The position numbers and the translations under genes were made by a program. 40,780 bases of DNA. Origin: Dimorphilus gyrociliatus (taxonomy: Eukaryota > Animalia > Annelida). This document shows positions 1 through 10,197 of the stretch, piece after piece. Positions within the stretch are counted from its first letter, which is position 1. Every line of letters begins with the position of its first letter. The stretch covers positions 1 to 40,780 of the forward strand of contig CAJFCJ010000104.1 of assembly GCA_904063045.1 (NCBI GenBank), written 5' to 3'. Under the pieces are notes generated by a model, which was given only the letters and a program-made list of their open reading frames with translations, was not told the origin of the DNA and did not search any database.

Positions 1-1610
1 CAGTTTGTGGATTAAAATTATAGAAGTTCAGTTTTCTGGTTTCATCATTTTCCCCCATATTGTAGGATGCTACTTTTGGAAAGATCAATTTTTCCTTTTG
101 TACATTTGCACCTGGTGGGATCTTGTAGTTAATGGAGTACATACACAAGATTGTTTCTTTTTGTTGTATTATGAATTGATATTGTGATGGAAAAGGAAGC
201 CTTAGCCAAATTACACATCTGGCTCGATTCTTATCAATAAAAGTAATATAATGTGTTTTCTCTGGACTATCTTTCATTGTCATCTTTTGATTTTTGTCAT
301 TATTAACTGTTTCACTCAAGATAAATAATTGAAGTGATAAATCACCATCAAAATTCTCATTAATACCAAAAATGATTTCATTGTTGGCCTTGTTTGTTTC
401 AATTGCGTGTCTAGGATGAGAAAGGATTGACAAACCAATATTGAAGAATGCTACATTCATTTTGGCTGCATCACGAAATTCTTGCATTGTAAGTGGACGA
501 GCTAGCAACTGATTTTTAGGATTGTCAGGAAAAAATCGAAAAATGAATTGTTCCGGATTGGACATAAAGTAGGTCTCCGTATACTTATAGATAATTTCAT
601 TCTGGGAACATTTACTTTCACAGGTACTATTTAATAGAGTCCATCCATCCAGTTTAAGGTATCCATGGCACCACGCATAAAGTGGATGGCATATGTACCA
701 TTTATTAGAAACTTTAACAATACTCCATTTGCATTCAATCATTTGCAAACTGTCTGTTTTATTTGTTCCATCATTTTCAAGGTATTTATCAACTCCAGTT
801 ACTATATGACAAGAAATATTTGCTAGTCTGACAGAAGTACATTGTATTAAATCATATATTTGGAATATAATTTTTAAATTTAAAAACATTCTTACCTGCA
901 AAGTCTAGCAAAAAGTGAAATTATATTATGAGTTTCAAATAGATTTTTAATTTCATATCCAACTGTCTCAGGGGATGAATTATCAGTGTTGATCTCCTTC
1001 AATTTTGGTGAAGTTACCCAACGGAATATTATACGAAGTTTTTCCATATCATCTTTACATACTCCCATTAAATGCTGAACCAGCTGAGGTAATGAATTTT
1101 TCATAATCATTGGTGTTATTGTCTCTAAAGCAATTTTGTCCAATTCTTCGAAAGAATAGTTTTTAAGGACCTCTTCCTTTGTCAATGGAGAAGGGTATGG
1201 TTCATTTGTGTTTACCTATCATTGTATAGTTAAAAAAGTATTATAGGCCTATAATATTTGAAAAATCTTTTCACAAATTGAAAGTGAAAGTTAAAATAGG
1301 AATGAAATTTGAAGTTTTTGAAAAAAGAAAATAAGATGTGACAGAAAATGTCTATGAGGTTAGAGTCTTCCTTAGTTCAACCAACTCAACTTTAAAACAA
1401 TGACATGTCTACATTTTTTTCCAAATTCAAATTTAATATTAAAGTTCAACCCTACCTTTCAGTCTTTCCCAAGTAGAAACATTTTTTATCAGGTCTGAGT
1501 AAATATTATGATAATATATAGATTACCTCTTGTCCATGATATTTAGCCCATTCTCTATTTGCTATTCTCAATTTGATATCTGTTGGATAAGGAATTTCAG
1601 TAAAATCCAT
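1..1610 (-). CDS. Transglutaminase-like domain protein (kyphoscoliosis peptidase/hillarin/ltd-1-like), 3' end beyond the window
   Basis: Spliced model: exons 1610-1527, 1215-896 and 827-<1, with GT-AG introns and consistent phase. The last exon is open to position 1. Motifs: KLRIIFRWVTS, SLFARLCRLANISCHIVTGVDK, KWSIVKVSNKWYICHPLYAW, YFMSNPEQFIFRFFPDNPKNQLLARPLTMQEF, WLRLPFPSQY. Confidence 0.8.
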
Positions 1611-2339
1611 TTTCCTCTCGATAATTCCCTCTTTCTTCTATGAAGACTGAAGACCAAATAAAAAATTGTGGTAAAAATATTTCTACATTCTCATCTAGTG
1701 CAAGCACTTTTTTCACCTGGAAAGAAATTGTAATTTTAAAATATTATGATTATTATGCAAATTTTAGGCCTTGTTGAGAATAGGCCTTATTGTAATTAAA
1801 ATAGACTGGTTAAGGCTTGCATTATAGGAGGGAAGTTGCTATTTAGGTGACTATATTGGGTTCTATAGATAGACTAAATTTGACCTTTTAAACTGAATTT
1901 GTGAACATTGTGACCTTTGAATACATATACAGTTCTGATCATTAGTCATTATTACACCTTGAAAAATATATATTTTTTTGATTTTTTCTCTTAGAAACAA
2001 AATGCAAAATATTAGTATATTTATAAATATCATTCTCGTCATTTAATAAAGAAATTGTATGCTTTTTGCTTTTAATCCACAAAATATGATTGTTTTAATG
2101 CAAATAGGTCTATTATGGAAAGGAGTAACCATTAGTTATATTCGGAAAATTTACCCTAAACATTGAGTACTGTCACTTTTAACCAGATTTTAAGGTCATT
2201 TATTTATACGCACATGTGTTATCTACTAGTTTACAAATTTAAAATAAAATGGTAAACATATTAGAAGCAACAAGAATTTCTACTTTAAACTCTCTTCAAG
2301 CACCTGAATGTTCATTAGAAAAGTGACAAAGATTTTTAA

Positions 2340-2790
2340 ATGCAGCCCAACCACTGTTTAAAATAAAAGAAAGGAGTTTAAAGAGCTAAAAACGGTAAAA
2401 GATACACCAAGAAGTGATAGACCAAAAAATCTGACACCAAAGATGGAAAGGCAAATTACAAGGGTTTGTAAAGCTAGCCATGAAGGGAGTGAAGAATGGA
2501 AGCAAGGTTTACGTGCTGCTACTCATTCTGCCTGCAGAGCAAGACAGTGAAGCTCAAAATAACAGGTCTCGAGGCTAAATCTACCAAGCTGGAGCTGAAA
2601 GAGAGCTCTCATTGATCCTATGAGACAATTTCAGGACATTTATATCCATAGCCAAGGATACACAAACTAACTAAAGGTTTACAGCTCCAAAAGAACTCTG
2701 CCAAGGAGAGTATGGGAGGCAGTTGCAAAGGCAACAAAATAACTGGCAAAGTCATACCTCCACAACCACAGGAGCGAAAAAATGGCAGCC
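2340..2790 (+). mobile_element. Degenerate Tc1-like transposase relic (N-terminal DNA-binding region)
   Basis: 2374-2478 translates to EFKELKTVKDTPRSDRPKNLTPKMERQITRVCKA, matching the Tc1 'D.PRSGRP.KLT.R..R.I.R' segment. The downstream part is frameshifted. Confidence 0.5.
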
Positions 2791-2934
2791 GTTATGAGCA
2801 ATGGTGGAAAAGGTGATAAACGACAAACCAGTACAGCAACCTCTGGACCTCAAGTTTCTCCACAAAATATTAACCTTCAGAATAAATTCAGTTTTAAATA
2901 ATACGAATGTATTCAAGAAACACCAGAGAGACAG

Positions 2935-3115
2935 AAAACGTCCACAAATCACTGCTTTTGCCCTAACCATAACCCAGCCCTTGGCTGTACCTAGCCTTTT
3001 CCATAATCCCTAACCCTTATATGAGTTCCCCTTAAGCAGTAATCAGTTGCTATCTTCCTCCTCTATAGCTCTTTTCAATCCAAAATCTAGCCTTGAAAAT
3101 TCTCATTTTCTTATT
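2935..3115. repeat. Dispersed ~175-bp repeat containing a CCTAAC motif (copy 1)
   Basis: Aligns by eye to 34382-34560 in the same orientation (tccacaaat..tgctttt.ccctaacc.taacccagcccttggctgta, aatcagttgct, aatccaaaatcta.ccttgaaa). Confidence 0.7.
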
Positions 3116-4489
3116 GACACCCGAGTAATATTTTGGTTGTTGATGCCTTCTCCAAATATCTTTATGAGTAGTCAAGAGACTTAAAAATGACTCATCATTT
3201 CATTTCAACAAGTATAATTCCACCTGGGTATGGTTTCACCCTCAATGGGTACGATTTCACCCAAGTATGGTTTTCAATGTTCTTTGCTCCTTTAACAATT
3301 GCATTGTGGCTCCATCTATTATTGTCAAAGAATTTATTTCTTACGAAATGGAACTCTTTTAAAGTTCAATCATTCTAATGACAGGCTAAACTCAAGATGT
3401 AAGTGGATAAGTGGAATCCTGGCAGAAGTTCTTTCAAGTCATACAATGTGAAGAGAAAATGTAGACTAGAGATTAACAAGAGATTATTTATGTGAAAGGC
3501 AGCTTTTGTTCATGGGGTAACGAAAAAAGAAAGTTTTCCAGCTATGTTTTTTGTCAATATGAATGAATGTGAGCCATTTTTTTAAAAAGGCAAGGTCACA
3601 ATATTGTCAAATAGCTTGACCTGACATCACTTTGAGACACAACATCAGGTCAAACCAAATATCATGATATGTTTGTGGCACAACAAAAAAGTGAGTAGAA
3701 TCAAATACCCAGATGAAAATCAAACACAAATATAGGCAAGATATTAAAGGGAATGATTGCCACAGATCAATTATATATATGTGAAAATTTAAAACTTAAG
3801 AATAAAGATTATTATCTAATTGATCAAAGTATGTTCTTTAGCAAAACATCCATTCAACTAATTGTCCATTTTTAGGTTAAGTCTAAAAATTTCATAAGCT
3901 TGTGTCAAATAATGATTGATATCAATTCTGCCACACATTGAATAGCTAGTTTTATTCTGAGTTTTGCCTATTAAAGTCTTAAAACTATTTCAAAAGGTCT
4001 ATTTCGGAAATATCAACATTCCTTTCTCTTTTAATCTAGTGTATTGTTGTAAAAATTCTATTTTTCAATTTATTTTTCATAATAAAATAATGATTGCTAT
4101 AAATTTCAAATTTAATATCTTCAATACATAATTTCTCTTGAAATGACATATTATAAGAATGAACAAATTTTACAGTTTCAAATATGTCTATTATACATTG
4201 CAAACATCTAAAATTCTTGTAAAATTCACAATTAATTTTCAATTCCTGATATTTTGTAAAATATTTTCGTATTTCAAAAAATTTTTCATCACTTAAATAT
4301 AAAAATTCTGTGACTTGAAAAAGAGAGAGAAACATAAGAAGAAATTAAAGAATATTTTTGATTTTCTAGAGTGTTGAAGTGAGTATTATATAGATATAAT
4401 TACATTTTTCATAAAGCTCATCAATAGCTTTCTCTATGAGCTTTTTTCTAAAAAAAAAAAATTTATCGATGGAAAAAAAAATTTTTTTT

Positions 4490-5370
4490 TATAAAAAAAA
4501 ACTTGTACTGTTTCAATTCCCTGTCATCATTTCTCTTTTCAATTGTTGCTAAAGTTGTTAGAATAGAGTAAATACATGGATTTACTAAAGAATTTAAAGG
4601 AATTATTTATAATGTTATGAAAATGTATAATGTATCGCTGAAATGAAGATTTATAAATAATGAAACAATTCCCAAAACTGTAAATGGAAGCCAAGTAGCA
4701 ACATTTGTAAAAATAATTAAAAATGCTTTTCCATACAATGTTTTACTAATGATACACTTTTTATTCTGAAATCTTTTAATTGATTTTTCAACTCTCTATA
4801 TAATATCTAAATATAATATTAATACAAGAATACAATTGAATAATGAATATATACTGAAAAGGAAAAATGAAAATATCCATCCAATCATTCTCTTACTTCT
4901 AATAAATATATTAAAGCAAACAGATGTTGATGAGTTTTCATGAAAAACCAATATTGGTAGAATTGTTAATACAAAAGCAAAAATAATATAACCAATTGTT
5001 ATAAAACATTTAAGATTAGTTTCAATATTTGCCAATAGGGGTTTATAAACGCATAAATGCCTTTTAAATGTTATTAATGTAACACCACCAATTGATAATA
5101 AAAGTGAAAATGTTAATAAAGAACCCAACGAATAGGAGAAGAATTTTTGAATTTGTTGAAATTTTTGAACAATATTAACCATTTGTATATATAATATTAG
5201 TAACATCATTTCTTAATATTAAGCCATAGTTTGAATTATTTATAAGTTTTATCTTCATCTTCATCACCAAGGCAAACTATCTTTAAATCACACATTTTAC
5301 CTTTTGGTATGCATTTTTCAGTACATTCAAATTGAGTTCTATTATTGCACTCTTTAAAAAAATCATGCTT
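4490..5370 (-). pseudogene. Decayed LDLa + rhodopsin-type 7TM receptor (GRL101/relaxin-receptor-like)
   Basis: LDLa-like ECNNRTQFECTEKCIPKGKMCDLKIVCLGDEDE at ~5360-5250. ORF 4796-5209 gives TM2-TM5 (LITFKRHLCVYKPL; ECL2 STSVC). The frame downstream gives TM6/7 (IIFTNVATWLPF ... IIPLNSLVNPCIYSIL) but with an internal stop and a frameshift. Confidence 0.7.
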
Positions 5371-6258
5371 AATAAAGTCATTTAATTTAGTTATGTAACT
5401 TTCATGGCGAAGAGAACAAATTGCTATCCTGGGTTTCTTATAATAGCAGTAGTAAAATTTTTTGGTTTATTGGAAGGAAGCAATGCCTGTTTAAATTACA
5501 ACTCGAGCAGAGAGATTATTCAAACTTTACAAAAGACTGATCGTGTTCATCATGTTTATATGAAATATTTACATCAATTATCTTTTCTCTCTTGCCGAGG
5601 GTATAAATTCCAAAAGGCATTATTAACAGCAGCAATACCAGCAGCAATGTCAGCAGCAAACTTTATAAAAAATTATTTGAGAGATGTTTAAAGATCTCTA
5701 TAAGGAAACAAAATAGTGGAAGGATCAATAAACTACCGACCACTATTGAAGTGATAAACTGCGGAATTAAATGATTTATACTATTATCCACCTTTTGATA
5801 CCCCAAGCCTGTCAATAATCAATTTGGTGTTGATCCAACTGATGGTTTTTCATTCACTTGATAAAGGGTTAAACAATTTAAAGAAGATGAGAAGTAGATT
5901 TACTGCAATCCAGGTTCTTTTCACTATTTTGAGAGTTTGAATTTGTGGTATTGAAGACACAAGGAAAAACTTTGGCTAGAAAGTACTAATTTAGATAGTA
6001 ATTATTACACAAATAACCATTACTCTACCCCTGTTAAAATTCTTATTCATTCTAAAATCTTGTTTCTATCATTTGTCCTTGTCCTTAAGTAATCAGGTAA
6101 TTTTAAGACAACGGACACAATTTTAATTTGATTAAATCTTATAAGTTTTGTTATTTGGACAAGACAACATCTGTTTGAATAGGTATAGTGGAATACTGTA
6201 TAAGGTAATCAATAAAATTAAACCGGAACTGTAGGGTTTAACAAGCTGAATATTAAAA

Positions 6259-7122
6259 TTTTCTATCGCATCCATTTCCCATACATTTACAATATATTGT
6301 ACTGCTCTTGCTGGCAAAATCTATGCGTTTGCAAGTTATAACAATACTGGTTCTACTCGAACCTTTAAACAAATGTTTAAATTAAAATGGTTTATTCGCA
6401 ATAATAATACTTATGCAAGTAACAATATGAGAGTTCGATAGCAGAGTAGATAGTTCATAATAGCAGGTTGCCAAATTACCAAACTGTCTTCCAATGTTGA
6501 GGAGTAGATGGATGGTTCCAGTGGAGGTTGTTTCCAGGTTATCTTCCCAGTTCCTTGGATCCAGATGCAGAATGAGAATAGTGAGGATATATATCCTTTG
6601 AGGTTTGCCTCTGACATCCAATCATCACTTTACAGTTGTTTAGTAAGAGGATGTTACAAGGTTGAACATTTAGGAAGGTTAATTGAATTATAACTTGGCC
6701 AAACCTTTATTGGTAATTAAAGATGAGCCTTCAAGCTGACTAATCAGACTTATGTTTGGCCAATGTTTTAAGATGTACATGTATAAGTTGCATAAAATAA
6801 TAGAGTTCAAGCATGTAAAATATAACCAAAGTTGTACAACTTCCCCCCTTCTTTGTGAAGATGAGTCCCTTCATCTTGATTTAATCTATTCCCAAAGATG
6901 AATTAAATTTTTTGTGAAAGTATAACAAAGCCAATAAATAAAAGGAAAACCCTAGACCAAAACATCCCAAAGACTTCTTTTTGAACTAAACATGAATGAA
7001 ATACCAAAAGAGTTTTTACTGAGAGATATTAAAGGAAAAAACCATAGAAATATAGTTTTCAGTACAAAGTATCAAGTATGGTATATTGATGAAACATTGA
7101 AAGTTGATAAACTCCATTCTAC
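6259..7122 (+). mobile_element. Mutator (MULE) transposase relic, N-terminal part; left arm of an 864-bp inverted repeat
   Basis: RPKHPKDF / FELNMNEIPKEFLLRDIKGKNHRNIVFSTKYQVWYIDETLKV resembles the MULE 'W.IDGTFK' first-Asp motif. It is the near-identical reverse complement of 33525-34387. Confidence 0.7.
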
Positions 7123-7429
7123 TTTTTTTAATCTTATCTCATGAACCAAAAAAATGTACTTCTAAACAAAATCCCAAACTATTTATTTCTAAAAGAAAAT
7201 GATAAAACTGATATTTGAAATCATATTGTTGACTTGAACTTACCAAGGAGAATTTAAGAGATAGATATTAATTCAATGAAACACTTTCTGCATAGAAACC
7301 TGAATATTTAGTACAGATGCCTTTTATCCAGGATTCTCAGACATTTTGTCCCTGTGCATTTCACCCCTAAATGGGATATTTTGCCCCCTTTTCCTGGACA
7401 TTTCTTCACTTTTGTCTGGATATTTTGTT

Positions 7430-7775
7430 TATTTGAATATTAGTTTCCTCTTACTTTTTTGAATATATCTGTTTTGTTAAAATAATTTTGACTGCAATTT
7501 TTAAAACAAAAACCATTGATAGAAAACAGTTTGTAGAATGGAGGTTTAACCACTTTCAATGTTCCATCAACAAACCATACTTGGCACTTTGTACTCTAAA
7601 CTATATTTCTATGGTTTTTTCCTTTAATATCTCTCAGTAAAAATTCTTTTGGTATTTCATTCATGTTTAGTTCAAAAAGAATCATCAGGATGTTTTGGTC
7701 TATGGTTTTCCTTTTATCTGTTGGCTTTGTTATACTTTCGCTCAAAGTTTAACTCATCTTTAGGGAATAAAACAT
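7430..7775 (-). mobile_element. Second, older MULE transposase fragment
   Basis: The minus strand reads KCQVWFVDGTLKVVKPPFYKLFSINGF. It is roughly 80% identical by eye to 6890-7120, in inverted orientation. Confidence 0.75.
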
Positions 7776-7812
7776 CAGTCTAAACAAATGTTCAAAAGTA
7801 TAAATATGAAGC

Positions 7813-8276
7813 ACTAAATGATTAATACTTCTTTCATTCTTCATATTGTTATGCTAATCTCTAAATCTCTAAAACATAACTTTTACCTTAGAGGTAAAAT
7901 TGAATACGCATTCCTTTTGCATTAATCATTTAGTACAGTTACAAGGTAAAAGTTTTTATAATTGTGCAATCGAGGGGTTTTTGTTAAGTTTAGTTATGAA
8001 TTCCGTATACATATAATGGTGGAAGTTTAGAAAAAGTGTTATATCATAGAAATTATAATGGTGGAAGTTTAGAAAGACATTTATTTAGTAGAAATAGAGC
8101 CTAGAACTTTAAAAAGGCTTTTATTTTGTAGGAAACATATTCCTTGACCAAAATTATCCCATTTACAGTTATCCAGAACTACATTAATTACTTGATGTAA
8201 ATGGTGATTTATTAATGGACAATTATCTGAAAAAACCTCCTGAATTTTTCATATATTTAAAAAACTTTTATATTGA
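7813..8276. repeat. ~464-bp direct repeat R, first of 5 copies (also 13995-14457, 20185-20648, 26375-26837, 32320-32783)
   Basis: The sequence from actaaatgattaatac to ttttatattga is essentially identical in all five copies. The flanks diverge left of 7813 and right of 32783. Confidence 0.93.
8005..8150. repeat. 42-bp-period degenerate minisatellite inside R
   Basis: ataatggtggaagtttagaaa recurs with 42-bp spacing, followed by a 40-bp step. It is homologous to 37100-37270. Confidence 0.7.
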
Positions 8277-9029
8277 TCTTTTATATTCAGATATTCTAAC
8301 AATTTTTCTGGACTGTAAACCAGATAATTGTACAAAAGTCATAGTGTAATATAAAATCAGTATAAATTATAATTTTCAGATTCTCTTTACAAAAAAAAAT
8401 ATTTTAGTTTCAGAATCTTAAAGTCTACAACTTTCATTAGTGGAATATCCAAAGTTTGTTCTGTACAGAAGTCTGTTTTAATAGTTGTAGTTTTTAGTTT
8501 CATAACTTTCAACTGATTTTGAATTATTTCTTCATCATCATCATATAAATTATCATCCAAACAATCATCTAATTATTGAGTTTTAGTTCTAAATTAGCAA
8601 GTTTAAACAACCAGTTAACAGTTAAAACTGAACTGCCAAACTAGGGAAATGCATTTCCTTTTATACATTTACCAAAACTTGGGTTCACTTGGTCAAAAGA
8701 TTATGAAGTTGAAATGTAACAGTCTCACAATGCACATATAACAAAGACATGAAAAACTATTGCATCACTTCTGGCTAACATGTGTCACTGCAAAAACAAG
8801 CCTGCCTCTTTGGCATCTGTTTTTGAATAAGATGTAACAAGTTTGACATGCATTTTTTCTATATTGTTTGTTCCATTGTTAATTCTATAATGCAACATCT
8901 GTTTTTGGTCAAAGAATTATACTTTATGCGAACTAAAAGCCTTTTTAGAATTCAAAGCATCTAATTCCACTAAATAAGGTCTTTCTTTGGTTTGGGTTAT
9001 TAATTCCATCAAAAAGTGGTTTTTTTCTA

Positions 9030-9528
9030 ATGTTTCACTATTCTAATTCCTTTAAAATAAGATCTATCAAAAGTCTTTATATTATAATTCCAAAGTGCAC
9101 AAAATGTAAAATTGAATACAATTCAATGGGACATATTTTGAGTACAGTTCATTTTCCATTTCATAATTTAAAATTTTGTGTAAATACTACTTGTAAAACT
9201 GGAGAATATCTATGTAAAAAGGATGATTATTGTATATCAATTGAATTAGTTTGTGATGGAATTGTTCATTGTACTCTTGCAGATGATGAACAAAATTGTG
9301 GTATATATTTCCCCTAACTAGAATTTTAAAATTTGAAAAAATTTATCTTTATTGTTAATTCAACAGATAGATTATTTTGAACCAAAGGGATATTTTAAGT
9401 GTAGAAATGATCAATCATACATCACTCTGGATAAAGTATTTGATGGAATTGTTAATTGTAGGGAAGGAAGTGATGAACTAAATTGCAAACTATACTTTAA
9501 ATGTCCATCCATACGCAAATATGGAAGA
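9030..9528 (+). pseudogene. Two-exon LDLa-repeat gene fragment (unit 1)
   Basis: TCKTGEYLCKKDDYCISIELVCDGIVHCTLADDEQNC, then intron 9301-9370, then GYFKCRNDQSYITLDKVFDGIVNCREGSDELNCKLYFKCP. It is truncated at ~9529 by a foreign segment. Confidence 0.75.
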
Positions 9529-9636
9529 TTTCTTAGAATCTAGAGCTTCATACTATTATTCTCTATCTTATTAGTCTCTTCAACATGAAATGAGTCAAGT
9601 TGTTCATCATCTAAAGTGGGATTAATTTGTCCCTTC
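9529..9636 (-). repeat. Decayed copy of the first ~35 codons of the Dispatched-like gene (also at ~15710, ~21895, ~28090)
   Basis: Aligns to 13486-13594 with a few substitutions, and the ATG is lost. Confidence 0.85.
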
Positions 9637-10197
9637 AATCAAATTCCCAAATTATAACACACTTGATAAGATTCAATAAATTATAACCACCTAATAATAC
9701 TTGAAACGGGGTTATAAAATTAATTTATCCTTAATGTCATGGTTAAAAGCATGTTATACAATTTGAGTTTCAGTCAAAACTCTCCTACTTGGACCTCAAA
9801 TTATTAAATTGGATTCTCAGTCACAAAAGCTTTGTCTCATATAGCTTCTAGAAAATATTGTCTAGATGAGAAATCAGTCGAATGGTCTTTATGTTTAGAA
9901 TTAGGATTTTGAAATAAATGAAGATTGCACTTTCAAACTTGAACTATTGAACAATGTGACATTACATGTTCTGAATGCAGAAAGAGATGTATTCTTTCAC
10001 AAGATGAAATTTACAGTAATAGGTGTCTAAAAGTTAAGAGGATAATTTGAAAGACTTCACAATGCTTTCATCACACACAGTGCAAAAGAAAGGTGATAAG
10101 TATCATAGCTTTTAAAAATTTTTCTAAACTTCAGGTATAAAAGAATTCGAAATAAAATTAGAAAATATCTTTTGGTATGAGGAACTGATAACTTTTT

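Noticed and set aside
3490-3900. Possible mariner/Tc1 mid-region relic (KPNIMICLW, ENQT)
   Set aside because: Only a few residues resemble the motif, across multiple stops. Too weak to call.
4036-4335. 99-aa minus-strand ORF with a plausible splice acceptor near its start
   Set aside because: No recognisable domain, and it is AT-rich low-complexity sequence. It could be an exon but I cannot support a call.
5600-5670. gcagcaat-type short repeats reading AADIAAGIAAV on the minus strand; plus-strand ORF 5404-5691
   Set aside because: Three short units flanked by stops. No evidence for coding function.
6250-6258. Target-site duplication around the 28-kb inverted-repeat block
   Set aside because: The left flank (atattaaaa) does not match the right flank (catccacaa), so an intact composite transposon is not supported.
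6382-6693. Overlapping ORFs on both strands, mirrored at 33953-34264
   Set aside because: They recur only because the DNA is an inverted duplicate. These are chance frames in a decayed element.
8005-8150. CRISPR-like repeat/spacer pattern (21-bp repeat, 42-bp period)
   Set aside because: Only 2-3 degenerate units, the 'spacers' resemble each other, there are no cas genes, and the context is eukaryotic with introns. It is a minisatellite.
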